This document shows positions 1-11,200 of a stretch of 64,000 bases of DNA, in pieces (within the stretch, counting starts at the first letter, position 1; every line of letters starts with the position of its first letter). The notes under the pieces are model-generated. The model was given only the letters and a program-made list of their open reading frames with translations, was not told the origin of the DNA and made no database searches. This DNA comes from Escherichia coli. Lineage in GTDB: Bacteria; Pseudomonadota; Gammaproteobacteria; Enterobacterales; Enterobacteriaceae. The stretch lies in assembly GCF_003334335.1 (NCBI RefSeq), contig NZ_QOWQ01000005.1. One strand, 5' to 3'. Position numbers and translations under genes: made by a program.

Positions 1-7
1 TTTTTTA

Positions 8-1774
8 TTATTCCGTGACTTCCAGCGTAGTGAAGGCAAACTTCTCGCCATCAAATAGCCCCTGACTGGTTAGTTTTAGCGCGGGGATCACTGGCAGAGA
101 AAGAAACGCCATCTGAATAAACGGCTCATCGGGTAACGGACCGCATTCACGGGCGGCGGCTTTCAAGGCGTCAATTTGTTCCGCCAGCGACTGCGCCGTG
201 TCGGTGCTCATCAGCCCGGCAATGGGTAACGGCAGATGACTTTGTACCTGGCCGTTACGTACCACGCACAGCCCGCCGCCATCCTGAATCACCTGATTGA
301 CCGCCAGCGCCATCTCTTCGGCACTGCGACCGATCACCACAATATTATGGCTGTCATGGCTGACCGTCGCAGCCAGCGCACCTTCATTCAGTCCAAAGCC
401 GCCAAGCAAACCACAAGCCGGAGCCAGCCGTTGCCCGTAACGCTCAAGTACGGCAATAAAGCTCACATCATCGCGATCAAAACCATTTTCGCTGTAGACG
501 CTGGAGTGGGAGTGCGTAATCAATTCGTTATGGATGACGTCAATGACCCGATAGCGTTTTCCGGGCGTAAATTGCAGGGCAAAGTCGCTGGCGGAAACTG
601 GCTGGCGGGCAATGGTGTTGCCATATGGCGGAGCGGATTGTGCCAGTCTCGCCGACTCTTCCGCCTGTAAGGTTTGCGCATCAATCGGCTCGCCTTTCAC
701 CAGTACCTGCTGCACCGTGACCTTACGCGCATCGCTCAACAGGACGATATCGGCCTGCTTGCCGGGTGCCAGTAAGCCGAGGTGATTCAGACCAAAGTGG
801 CGCGCCGTCGACCAGCTGGCGACGCGATATGCCACATGCAGCGGCACATTGTGTTGTTCGATCAGGCGGCGAATTAAGGCATCGATGTGTCCTTCATGGG
901 CGATCTCCCACGGGTTACGGTCATCGGTACAGAGCATGCATTGCGGGCTGTTAAATTCGTTGATCAACGGTGCCAGCGCGTTGAGATTGCGGGCAGCGGA
1001 CCCTTCGCGGATCATCAACGACATGCCGAGTTGTAATTTCCGGCGTCCTTCTTCCAGCTGATAACTTTCGTGGCAGTTTTCAATACCCGCAGTAATATAG
1101 GCGTTAAGTTCTTTACCACCCAAACCCGGGCAGTGACCGTCCAGCGTCAGGTGGCGAAATGCATCCAGTTTATCGAGCAGCGCATTCTGCCCGCTAATTA
1201 CGCCAGGGTAGTCCATCATTTCTGCAAGGCCGGTAACCTGCGGATGGTCCCGCCAGGCGAGCATCTGTTCAAGGGTAAAACTGGCACCGTTAACATCGCA
1301 GCCTTCCAGGGCGGGTACGCAAGAGCTGACCTGTAAGTACTGGTTTTGCCTTGCCTGTTCGGCACAGCGGGCAAACCAGGCGAATCCGGCTTCGCCCATC
1401 ACGTTGACGATTTCATGAGGGTCGCAAATAACGGTCGTCAGGCCGCGCGGCAGGGTAGCGGTTTCAAAAGTGACCGGCGTCATCATGCTGGATTCAATAT
1501 GCAGGTGAGCATCAATAAACCCTGGCACCGCCGTTGCGCCGCGAGCATCAATCCGCTGCAAAGCCGGAGCATCAGTGTATTCTGCGCCAACACCGGCAAT
1601 GTAACGTCCTTTAATCACAATTGGGCCGGAAATTTCTCCGCCATTGATCAGGTCGAGAATAGAGACATTATCAATAATATAATCGGCAACAGCGTCGCCA
1701 CGGGAAACGGCTAACAATTCCTGGTATTCAGCCCGGCTAATGTGATGAAATTTATGGTTAATAGAATTATTCAT
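8..1774 (-). CDS. ade: adenine deaminase (amidohydrolase superfamily)
   Basis: 588-aa ORF with metal-binding motif [10 protein letters not shown]; divergently arranged with the adenine permease gene. Confidence 0.9.
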
Positions 1775-1948
1775 ATTTTTCTCATTTTGATTTTATCAAT
1801 TTGATTATTATTTATCATAAAGAAACGTCGCGAGATTATTAAAGAATATCCATTAATGTGCAATTGAAATGTGATAATTATCACTGAACCGTTGTTGTCA
1901 TTTGTTTTACAAAAGCAAGGGATTAAATCTCCTCCAATGGACAAAAAA

Positions 1949-3283
1949 ATGAATAATGACAATACCGATTACGTGAGTAATGAATCAGGGACGCTTTCGC
2001 GATTATTTAAACTACCTCAGCATGGGACCACCGTCCGCACAGAATTGATTGCGGGGATGACCACTTTTTTAACCATGGTGTACATCGTTTTTGTGAACCC
2101 GCAAATCCTCGGCGCGGCACAAATGGACCCGAAAGTGGTGTTTGTTACCACCTGTTTGATTGCCGGTATCGGCAGTATTGCGATGGGGATATTTGCTAAC
2201 TTACCCGTGGCGCTGGCTCCGGCAATGGGGCTGAACGCCTTCTTTGCCTTCGTGGTCGTGGGGGCGATGGGCATCTCCTGGCAGACCGGGATGGGCGCAA
2301 TATTCTGGGGCGCAGTTGGACTATTTTTGCTCACGCTGTTTCGTATCCGGTACTGGATGATCTCCAACATTCCCTTAAGTTTACGTATTGGTATCACCAG
2401 CGGAATTGGATTATTTATCGCCTTAATGGGATTAAAAAATACTGGCGTTATTGTCGCCAATAAAGACACGCTGGTGATGATTGGCGATTTAAGTTCTCAC
2501 GGCGTGTTGTTAGGTATTTTAGGGTTTTTTATTATAACCGTGTTGTCATCACGTCATTTTCATGCCGCGGTGCTGGTTTCTATTGTGGTGACGTCTTGCT
2601 GTGGATTATTTTTCGGTGATGTTCATTTTAGCGGCGTCTATTCCATTCCGCCTGATATTAGCGGCGTCATTGGTGAAGTAGATTTGAGCGGCGCGTTAAC
2701 ACTTGAACTCGCCGGTATCATTTTCTCCTTTATGCTGATCAACCTATTTGATTCATCAGGAACATTAATTGGTGTAACTGATAAAGCGGGCTTAATAGAT
2801 GGTAACGGTAAATTCCCCAATATGAATAAGGCGCTGTATGTTGATAGCGTCAGTTCGGTGGCGGGTGCGTTTATCGGCACCTCGTCTGTTACTGCCTATA
2901 TTGAAAGTACTTCTGGTGTGGCAGTCGGTGGCCGCACGGGGCTGACTGCGGTTGTGGTTGGCGTTATGTTCCTGTTGGTTATGTTCTTCTCACCGCTGGT
3001 GGCGATAGTTCCTCCTTACGCAACCGCCGGAGCGTTAATCTTTGTTGGCGTGCTGATGACTTCGAGCCTGGCGCGCGTTAACTGGGATGATTTTACCGAA
3101 TCGGTGCCTGCGTTTATTACCACGGTGATGATGCCCTTTACTTTCTCGATCACCGAAGGGATTGCACTCGGCTTTATGTCGTACTGCATCATGAAAGTAT
3201 GCACCGGGCGCTGGCGCGATCTGAACCTGTGTGTGGTGGTGGTCGCAGCTCTGTTTGCACTGAAGATTATTCTGGTGGATTAG
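1949..3283 (+). CDS. adeQ: adenine permease, NCS2/AzgA-like family
   Basis: Polytopic membrane ORF; start chosen at internal ATG (MNNDNTDY, 444 aa) rather than the longest ORF start at 1871. Confidence 0.8.
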   Translation: MNNDNTDYVSNESGTLSRLFKLPQHGTTVRTELIAGMTTFLTMVYIVFVNPQILGAAQMDPKVVFVTTCLIAGIGSIAMGIFANLPVALAPAMGLNAFFAFVVVGAMGISWQTGMGAIFWGAVGLFLLTLFRIRYWMISNIPLSLRIGITSGIGLFIALMGLKNTGVIVANKDTLVMIGDLSSHGVLLGILGFFIITVLSSRHFHAAVLVSIVVTSCCGLFFGDVHFSGVYSIPPDISGVIGEVDLSGALTLELAGIIFSFMLINLFDSSGTLIGVTDKAGLIDGNGKFPNMNKALYVDSVSSVAGAFIGTSSVTAYIESTSGVAVGGRTGLTAVVVGVMFLLVMFFSPLVAIVPPYATAGALIFVGVLMTSSLARVNWDDFTESVPAFITTVMMPFTFSITEGIALGFMSYCIMKVCTGRWRDLNLCVVVVAALFALKIILVD

Positions 3284-3335
3284 TAACTGGCGAGGGTTTC
3301 CAGATATCATGAGTTCTGATTACGCAGGAGAACTC

Positions 3336-3788
3336 ATGATCTGGATAATGCTCGCCACGCTGGCGGTAGTGTTTGTGGTTGGTTTTCGGGTGCTGACATC
3401 CGGGGCCAGAAAAGCGATTCGCCGTCTCAGCGATCGGCTGAACATCGATGTCGTACCCGTGGAGTCGATGGTCGATCAAATGGGAAAGTCAGCTGGTGAC
3501 GAATTTTTACGTTATTTGCATCGTCCGGATGAGTCGCACCTGCAAAACGCCGCGCAGGTGTTGCTCATCTGGCAAATTGTCATTGTCGATGGTAGCGAAC
3601 AGAACCTGCTGCAATGGCATCGGATTTTACAAAAAGCTCGCCTCGCCGCGCCGATTACCGACGCTCAGGTCAGGCTGGCGCTAGGTTTTCTGCGCGAAAC
3701 CGAACCTGAAATGCAGGATATTAATGCTTTTCAGATGCGCTATAACGCGTTCTTTCAGCCTGCCGAGGGCGTTCACTGGTTGCATTGA
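3336..3788 (+). CDS. yicN: small membrane protein of unknown function (YicN-like)
   Basis: 150-aa ORF from the second ATG, which is preceded by aggag; single N-terminal hydrophobic segment; start uncertain (alternative 3309). Confidence 0.6.
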   Translation: MIWIMLATLAVVFVVGFRVLTSGARKAIRRLSDRLNIDVVPVESMVDQMGKSAGDEFLRYLHRPDESHLQNAAQVLLIWQIVIVDGSEQNLLQWHRILQKARLAAPITDAQVRLALGFLRETEPEMQDINAFQMRYNAFFQPAEGVHWLH

Positions 3789-3998
3789 AACCGTTTCGTC
3801 TTATCAGCCTACAGACCGCGCCTGACCTGTCGGGTGGATAAGACGTTCACGCCGCATCCGGTAATCTTTGCCCTGTTCCGTTTCGATCTTAACTCCAGCT
3901 CAAGCAACACCGTAAAAGTTGCAAAAACGTTAAATGCGTCACACATTTCAATGTTAAAGTGGTCGGCTTTTCCCCTGAAACATGCCACGGGTAACACC

Positions 3999-5189
3999 AT
4001 GAGTGAATTTATTGCCGAAAACCGCGGCGCGGATGCCATCACCCGACCGAACTGGTCAGCCGTTTTCTCGGTGGCGTTTTGTGTCGCCTGTCTGATTATC
4101 GTTGAGTTTTTGCCCGTCAGTTTGTTGACGCCAATGGCCCAGGATTTAGGCATTTCGGAAGGGGTTGCCGGGCAATCGGTGACCGTGACCGCCTTTGTGG
4201 CAATGTTTGCCAGTTTGTTTATTACCCAGACAATTCAGGCTACTGACCGCCGCTACGTTGTTATTTTGTTTGCCGTTTTGCTGACGCTCTCCTGCTTGCT
4301 GGTTTCCTTTGCTAACTCATTCAGTTTGCTTTTAATCGGTCGTGCCTGTCTGGGGCTGGCGCTGGGCGGGTTCTGGGCGATGTCGGCGTCGCTGACCATG
4401 CGTCTGGTGCCGCCGCGTACGGTGCCGAAGGCGCTGTCGGTGATCTTCGGCGCGGTTTCTATTGCGCTGGTGATTGCCGCGCCGTTGGGCAGTTTTTTAG
4501 GCGAGCTTATCGGTTGGCGCAATGTCTTTAATGCGGCGGCGGTGATGGGCGTGCTGTGTATTTTCTGGATTATCAAATCATTGCCTTCACTGCCAGGCGA
4601 ACCCTCGCATCAGAAACAAAATACTTTCCGCTTATTACAACGTCCGGGTGTGATGGCAGGGATGATCGCCATCTTCATGTCTTTCGCCGGGCAGTTTGCT
4701 TTCTTCACGTATATTCGCCCGGTGTATATGAACCTGGCGGGATTCGGCGTGGATGGCTTAACGCTGGTGCTGTTGAGTTTTGGTATCGCCAGCTTTATTG
4801 GTACGTCGCTTTCGTCGTTCATTCTTAAACGTTCGGTAAAACTGGCCTTAGCAGGCGCGCCGTTAATACTGGCTGTGAGTGCGTTGGTACTGACGTTGTG
4901 GGGAAGCGATAAAATCGTTGCTACCGGCGTGGCGATTATCTGGGGGCTAACTTTTGCATTGGTTCCCGTCGGCTGGTCAACGTGGATCACCCGCTCGCTG
5001 GCCGATCAGGCAGAAAAAGCCGGGTCTATTCAGGTGGCGGTTATTCAGCTTGCTAATACCTGTGGCGCGGCAATCGGCGGTTATGCGCTGGATAATATTG
5101 GTCTGACTTCGCCGTTGATGTTGTCCGGCACATTGATGTTGCTGACTGCATTGTTGGTTACTGCAAAGGTGAAAATGAAGAAATCCTGA
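3999..5189 (+). CDS. nepI: MFS purine ribonucleoside efflux pump
   Basis: 396-aa ORF from MSEFIAEN; 12-TM MFS-like hydrophobicity; longest ORF (from 3834) overlaps yicN and is rejected. Confidence 0.8.
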   Translation: MSEFIAENRGADAITRPNWSAVFSVAFCVACLIIVEFLPVSLLTPMAQDLGISEGVAGQSVTVTAFVAMFASLFITQTIQATDRRYVVILFAVLLTLSCLLVSFANSFSLLLIGRACLGLALGGFWAMSASLTMRLVPPRTVPKALSVIFGAVSIALVIAAPLGSFLGELIGWRNVFNAAAVMGVLCIFWIIKSLPSLPGEPSHQKQNTFRLLQRPGVMAGMIAIFMSFAGQFAFFTYIRPVYMNLAGFGVDGLTLVLLSFGIASFIGTSLSSFILKRSVKLALAGAPLILAVSALVLTLWGSDKIVATGVAIIWGLTFALVPVGWSTWITRSLADQAEKAGSIQVAVIQLANTCGAAIGGYALDNIGLTSPLMLSGTLMLLTALLVTAKVKMKKS

Positions 5190-5229
5190 TATCAGGTAAA
5201 GAAGCGTTGGTCAGTAGTTGTTGCTGTTC

Positions 5230-5523
5230 TTACATATCCGGGCATTCTACCTTACCCAACGCTTCCCAATAATTGCTCTGATTATTACGTTCCATCGCCA
5301 CGATGGCCTCGCGTATATGTTGTTTATTGTTTTCATCTGACAACATTAACTTTTCCCACGCTTCATCTGATAATGACGCCTGTGGCGTGCAAATTTTACG
5401 TAAATCTTGTAATACCGTGGTTTTCTCTTTTGCGGACTGCAGTGAGCTAAAAGGCGACTCGGCGTATACGATGCCTGGCATAGCGAAAAAAGTGAAAATA
5501 AGCAGTAGTGTCGTTGGTTTCAT
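5230..5523 (-). CDS. yicS: small secreted protein of unknown function (YicS-like)
   Basis: 97-aa ORF with N-terminal signal-peptide-like segment (LLLIFTFFAMPGIVYA). Confidence 0.6.
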   Translation of the reverse strand: MKPTTLLLIFTFFAMPGIVYAESPFSSLQSAKEKTTVLQDLRKICTPQASLSDEAWEKLMLSDENNKQHIREAIVAMERNNQSNYWEALGKVECPDM

Positions 5524-5744
5524 GGATTCAACCTTTTACAAATGTGTATCGAATGAAGCATAAGTGTAGTTTGCTTTCATCGCTCTCATCATGCTGTACG
5601 AAACGCGCTTGCGTGGTCAGTAAGAAGTGCCAGACTTTATATTCCACTTTTATTCCTTTTTATTCTTATCGATAGCGTTTCGTTTTTTAAACCGCAGCGA
5701 CCTTACCGCTATAGTCAGGTAATCATTAATAAAAGGATAAAAAA

Positions 5745-6563
5745 ATGAAACTGACAACACATCATCTACGGACAGGGGCCGCATTATTGCTGGCCGGAAT
5801 TCTGCTGGCAGGTTGCGACCAGAGTAGCAGCGATGCAAAACACATTAAAGTTGGCGTTATAAATGGCGCAGAACAAGATGTCGCGGAAGTCGCTAAAAAG
5901 GTGGCAAAAGAGAAATATGGCCTCGATGTTGAACTGGTAGGATTTAGCGGTTCGTTGCTACCGAACGATGCGACAAATCATGGCGAACTTGATGCGAATG
6001 TCTTCCAGCATCGACCCTTTCTTGAACAAGATAATCAGGCGCATGGTTATAAACTGGTAGCGGTGGGAAATACGTTTGTCTTCCCTATGGCGGGTTATTC
6101 CAAAAAAATCAAAACCGTGGCGCAAATAAAAGAAGGCGCGACAGTGGCGATCCCCAACGACCCGACCAACCTTGGTCGCGCACTTTTACTGTTGCAAAAA
6201 GAGAAGCTAATTACTCTGAAAGAGGGAAAAGGGTTATTACCTACCGCGCTGGATATAACCGATAATCCTCGTCATTTGCAGATTATGGAACTCGAGGGGG
6301 CGCAGCTCCCGCGCGTACTGGATGATCCCAAAGTTGATGTAGCGATTATCAGCACCACTTACATTCAGCAGACCGGGCTTTCTCCGGTGCACGACAGCGT
6401 ATTTATTGAAGATAAGAATTCGCCGTATGTGAATATTTTGGTGGCACGGGAAGATAATAAGAATGCAGAAAACGTGAAGGAATTTCTGCAATCTTATCAA
6501 TCACCCGAAGTCGCTAAAGCGGCAGAAACCATTTTTAACGGTGGCGCGGTGCCTGGCTGGTAA
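5745..6563 (+). CDS. nlpA: lipoprotein-28, methionine-binding (MetQ/NlpA) family
   Basis: 272-aa ORF; lipobox LLAGC at the end of the signal peptide; NlpA family periplasmic binding fold by sequence. Confidence 0.85.
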   Translation: MKLTTHHLRTGAALLLAGILLAGCDQSSSDAKHIKVGVINGAEQDVAEVAKKVAKEKYGLDVELVGFSGSLLPNDATNHGELDANVFQHRPFLEQDNQAHGYKLVAVGNTFVFPMAGYSKKIKTVAQIKEGATVAIPNDPTNLGRALLLLQKEKLITLKEGKGLLPTALDITDNPRHLQIMELEGAQLPRVLDDPKVDVAIISTTYIQQTGLSPVHDSVFIEDKNSPYVNILVAREDNKNAENVKEFLQSYQSPEVAKAAETIFNGGAVPGW

Positions 6564-6566
6564 TTC

Positions 6567-7490
6567 TCACTTATGCCGCGCCGGACGATTTATTTTTCTG
6601 GCGCGGCGACGGGAATCCATTGAAATCAAAATCACCGATGACAGAATCAGCAGCGTTCCCAGCCAGTCCGGTAATGTGAACGTGATCCCCAGCAACAGCA
6701 AAGAGAGTAGCGCGCTACTTAATGGTTCTGCACAGCTCAAAATGCTGGCTTTTGGACCGCCAATTAATTGTGCTCCTTTCAGGTACAGACTAAATGTCAG
6801 GGACGTACCAATGACCACCAAATAAAAAAACGCCAGAATCAAACTGCCGTTAACGACAAAGTTTGTTCCTTGTCTGGCATAAAAAGGCAACAGAATCAGA
6901 CCGCCAATCAGCATACTCCAGCCGACGACTGGTAACGTGCCATAGCGGGCAATTAGCGTTGAGGGATAGGTGGTATAGAATGCAGCAGCAAATGCCGAGG
7001 CAATGCCCCAGAACAACGCGGCAGGAGAGATCGATAATGACGTCGGATTACCGTGTGTCACCAATAAAAAAGTCCCGACCAGCGATGTCAAAATAGCGCA
7101 GAAAACCAGAATGCCCGGGCGCGATTTACGCACCAGTGAGAACCAGGCGACGATAATCGTCGGTGAGAGGAATTGCAGCACCGTTGCCGTGGCTGCGTTC
7201 GATTTTTCGATGGTTAGCAAAAAAGTGAGCTGTACAGTTAGCGCGCCAACCACGGAAAAAATCAGCAGGCTAATGGCATCTTTATGATTGTTAATAATAG
7301 AAAAGATTTTATCGCCATGAACAAATGACAGCGTCAGTAGAATCAAACCGGCGAATATCAAACGCGTCATAGTCAAAAACTGCGACGACATCTGGCTTTG
7401 CTCCATGATGTATTGCGCGCAGACCCCTGAACTTCCCCACAACACGGCGGCAATCAGAACGTTCAGCATCCCCTTTCTGGTGGAACCCAT
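6567..7490 (-). CDS. yicL: EamA/DMT-family inner membrane transporter
   Basis: 307-aa polytopic ORF with duplicated EamA-like halves. Confidence 0.75.
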
Positions 7491-7600
7491 TTTTCCCTCT
7501 GCATACTGTTTTGTCGTTTATGTATGCAGGCATGATAGCAAAAATGGCGAGGATGGCTCTGTTTGCGCCACGCCGATTTTTCTTAGCCCAGACTGGTGAG

Positions 7601-8785
7601 CTAAATATCTTTAATAAACAGCAGGCAAATCATCGCAATACCCAACATCCCTATCGCCAGCCAGAACAACGCATGGTAGCTCCAGATTTCAACCATAATT
7701 CCGTCAACAGAGCCGGCGATAATCCAGCCGACGCGTGAAGTATTTGCATATAACGTTGTCGCAGAGCCTATTTTTTCAGGCATCAAGTCCTGAAAATAAA
7801 GCATGCCGATACCACAGAGAATACCAAGGAAGATGGCATTAAGAATTTGCAATTCCAGCTCAACCGCCGGAGTCGTCGCCATGAGTACGCTGGCGTAAAA
7901 ACACATTCCACTCACGATAGCAATGAGCATTAATAGTCGCTTGCCAATACGTTTCATGTAATAGCCTGCGATTAACATCATCGGAATTTCCAGACCGGCA
8001 GCGATACCAATCATTTCTCCAGCCAGTTTATCGGTTAGATGCAGTTCATCAATAATAAATAGCGGCATATTTATCATGTAGAGATTATTCGCCGCCCACA
8101 TCATTGAACAGACCACAAAAAGTAGCCGCGTATCCCGCTTCCTGTGGGTGGAGGGTAAAATTTCTACGGGTTGGGTAACGACAGGAATATTTCTTTGTAT
8201 TGATGGCAAAAACAACCAGACTATCAGTCCGCAAACAACAAATGCGATGGCAGCGGTGAGATACATCACTTTAAAACTAAATCCCATTGCCAGTTCATAA
8301 GCGAGCGGTGGCCCGATAACCCAGGCAAGCGAGATCTGAGCACGTAAAAATGTACTGAACATGACCGTCTCACGGCCTGTTCTGTCGGCGTGTTCACGGG
8401 CGAGGGCGAACATTTGCGGGTTTGCGGTGGAAGCAAAACTACTCAGAAGTACGCCCGTTGAGAGGAGAATGAAGTAGTTGCGATTCCACGCAAAAAGCGT
8501 GCAGGCCAGCACTCCAAATAAGCAACATAGCAGAATCAGTAATTTACGGTCGCCTTGTTTATCGGAGTGCCTTGCCAGAAATTGACTGACCAGAATTCCC
8601 ATAATAGCGCTACCGGTGAAGAAAAAACCTACCATTATAGGACGGGCTTTCAGTTCATCTGCGAGGAATATACTTAGGGTAGGAGTCTGAAGAGCGCCCG
8701 CAATACCCGTCAGAAAGGCGACAAGTAAAAATGCCGCGGCAGTGAGATCAAGTATTTTTGATGGAGTGGTAGCCGTTTTTTGCAT
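7601..8785 (-). CDS. setC: MFS sugar efflux transporter (Set family)
   Basis: 394-aa 12-TM ORF, Set-family-like; adjacent to selC as in E. coli. Confidence 0.8.
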   Translation of the reverse strand: MQKTATTPSKILDLTAAAFLLVAFLTGIAGALQTPTLSIFLADELKARPIMVGFFFTGSAIMGILVSQFLARHSDKQGDRKLLILLCCLFGVLACTLFAWNRNYFILLSTGVLLSSFASTANPQMFALAREHADRTGRETVMFSTFLRAQISLAWVIGPPLAYELAMGFSFKVMYLTAAIAFVVCGLIVWLFLPSIQRNIPVVTQPVEILPSTHRKRDTRLLFVVCSMMWAANNLYMINMPLFIIDELHLTDKLAGEMIGIAAGLEIPMMLIAGYYMKRIGKRLLMLIAIVSGMCFYASVLMATTPAVELELQILNAIFLGILCGIGMLYFQDLMPEKIGSATTLYANTSRVGWIIAGSVDGIMVEIWSYHALFWLAIGMLGIAMICLLFIKDI

Positions 8786-9421
8786 TCTTCTGAATCACCG
8801 GGCGAAAAAATATAACTGAGTTACAAATAAGTACCAGTCGAATGAGTATTGTATTAAGAATTTTTGAGTATCGCTGATACAACCAGAAAGCAATGCTAGC
8901 GCAATATTATAGGGCCAGCAATTGAGATTATTAGTAAAAGCATGTTAAGAATTAATTACCGAATTTATATATTAATTATAGTAAGGCAATGAGCTATTTT
9001 TGATAGTAAAAATAAAACAAGTTGATTTGATATATTAAATGAACAAATTAATCTTGATGGCAGTCTGATTATTGGTGAAGTTTATAGTCAGTTTTTTTCG
9101 CCAGCGGTTAAAGAAATAGAATAGTCGTATAAAAAAGGGTGTTCTGGGGCGAGTAAAACAACATCTTCACCTTAATGGCGATACAGTTGGCTGAGAGTCA
9201 GCAGGGGGGCAAATCACCTGCAAATAAACACGGCGCATACTGGCGTGAATATCGCGGATGCGTTCGAGGACAGAAGAACCGACAGGCGGATTCTTCAGCC
9301 GCTCATCGTCCATCACAAAACCTTAGACCAGGTATTCCTGAAGCCGATTGAATATTGAGCAGTAGAAAATATCTGGATTGACAGTATTACAAGGGGTTGG
9401 AGAACGTCAGGAGAGGCATTT

Positions 9422-9516
9422 TGGCGGAAGATCACAGGAGTCGAACCTGCCCGGGACCGCTGGCGGCCCCAACTGGATTTGAAGTCCAGCCGCCTCACCG
9501 GAGACGACGATCTTCC
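9422..9516 (-). tRNA. selC: tRNA-Sec (selenocysteine, UCA anticodon)
   Basis: Reverse complement reads GGAAGATCGTCGTCTCCGGTGAGGCGGCTGGACTTCAAATCCAGTTGGGGCCGCCAGCGGTCCCGGGCAGGTTCGACTCCTGTGATCTTCCGCCA; long variable arm and 8-bp acceptor stem typical of tRNA-Sec. Confidence 0.9.
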
Positions 9517-9808
9517 GCGCCTCGATTGCTACATGGAGGCGGGGCGCATTATAGCTACTTCCTTGAGTTTCTACATCCCCCAGATCAGTTTTTTCCGCCT
9601 AATACACGCAGCGTATTATCACGAAAGCATTATAGTTCATATAAAATCCATATTTTACAATGATATATGAGCGGAATTAACGCTACCACGATCACATAAA
9701 ACAAGAATCATAAATTAATAACCAGATATCGGAATATTCGCTCTCACAGGGATGGTTTACAAAATGCGTTATCGGTCTCAGCACCCCTATAGCATCAAGG
9801 AAAAGTAG

Positions 9809-11191
9809 ATGAAGAGTGAAGTGTTGTCCGTTAAAGAGAAAATTGGTTATGGCATGGGAGACGCCGCCAGCCACATTATTTTCGATAACGTAATGTTATA
9901 TATGATGTTCTTTTATACCGATATTTTTGGCATTCCTGCCGGATTTGTCGGAACCATGTTTTTGGTCGCTCGTGCACTGGATGCGATTTCCGATCCTTGC
10001 ATGGGGTTGTTGGCCGATCGAACGCGCTCTCGCTGGGGTAAATTTCGTCCGTGGGTACTGTTTGGCGCACTGCCATTTGGGATCGTCTGTGTACTGGCCT
10101 ATAGCACGCCAGATCTCAGTATGAACGGAAAAATGATTTATGCAGCAATTACTTACACCCTACTTACCTTACTTTATACCGTCGTCAATATCCCTTACTG
10201 CGCATTGGGTGGTGTAATCACCAATGACCCGACTCAGCGTATCTCGCTGCAATCCTGGCGTTTTGTGCTGGCGACCGCGGGAGGCATGCTTTCTACGGTT
10301 CTGATGATGCCACTGGTTAATTTAATTGGTGGTGATAATAAACCACTCGGTTTCCAGGGTGGTATCGCGGTCCTTTCCGTGGTGGCATTCATGATGCTGG
10401 CATTCTGTTTCTTCACCACTAAAGAACGCGTTGAAGCACCACCTACAACGACGTCTATGCGGGAAGATTTACGTGATATCTGGCAAAACGACCAGTGGCG
10501 GATTGTCGGTTTACTAACCATTTTCAATATCCTGGCGGTGTGCGTACGCGGTGGAGCGATGATGTATTACGTCACATGGATTCTGGGTACGCCGGAAGTG
10601 TTTGTCGCTTTTCTCACCACTTATTGCGTGGGTAACCTGATTGGTTCCGCTCTGGCAAAACCGCTGACCGACTGGAAATGTAAAGTCACTATTTTCTGGT
10701 GGACGAACGCCCTGCTGGCAGTGATTAGCCTCGCGATGTTCTTTGTTCCCATGCAGGCCAGCATCACTATGTTTGTCTTCATCTTCGTGATTGGTGTGTT
10801 GCATCAACTGGTGACACCTATCCAGTGGGTAATGATGTCCGATACCGTCGACTACGGCGAGTGGTGCAATGGTAAACGCCTGACCGGGATCAGTTTTGCT
10901 GGCACGCTGTTTGTGCTCAAACTGGGGTTGGCCTTCGGCGGCGCTCTTATCGGCTGGATGCTGGCTTATGGCGGATATGATGCGGCAGAAAAAGCGCAGA
11001 ACAGCGCCACGATTAGCATCATTATTGCGCTATTCACGATTGTTCCGGCGATCTGTTATTTGCTGAGCGCGATTATCGCTAAACGCTACTACTCACTCAC
11101 GACGCACAATCTGAAAACCGTTATGGAACAGCTGGCCCAGGGCAAACGCCGTTGCCAGCAACAATTCACCTCTCAAGAAGTGCAGAACTAA
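9809..11191 (+). CDS. yicJ: GPH-family glycoside/cation symporter
   Basis: 460-aa polytopic ORF, melibiose/xyloside permease-like; immediately upstream of the alpha-xylosidase gene. Confidence 0.8.
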   Translation: MKSEVLSVKEKIGYGMGDAASHIIFDNVMLYMMFFYTDIFGIPAGFVGTMFLVARALDAISDPCMGLLADRTRSRWGKFRPWVLFGALPFGIVCVLAYSTPDLSMNGKMIYAAITYTLLTLLYTVVNIPYCALGGVITNDPTQRISLQSWRFVLATAGGMLSTVLMMPLVNLIGGDNKPLGFQGGIAVLSVVAFMMLAFCFFTTKERVEAPPTTTSMREDLRDIWQNDQWRIVGLLTIFNILAVCVRGGAMMYYVTWILGTPEVFVAFLTTYCVGNLIGSALAKPLTDWKCKVTIFWWTNALLAVISLAMFFVPMQASITMFVFIFVIGVLHQLVTPIQWVMMSDTVDYGEWCNGKRLTGISFAGTLFVLKLGLAFGGALIGWMLAYGGYDAAEKAQNSATISIIIALFTIVPAICYLLSAIIAKRYYSLTTHNLKTVMEQLAQGKRRCQQQFTSQEVQN

Positions 11192-11200
11192 GGAACGGCA

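Noticed and set aside
236-1714. Several plus-strand ORFs of 60-144 aa (236..670, 766..954, 849..1061, 1070..1336, 1346..1714) lying inside the minus-strand ade gene
   Set aside because: They are antisense shadow ORFs within a well-supported 588-aa gene, with no start context or family resemblance
8786-9808. Possible pathogenicity island or integrase next to selC
   Set aside because: No integrase-like ORF, phage gene or cargo is present on either side of the tRNA; only short spurious ORFs of 60-88 aa overlap the tRNA and spacer
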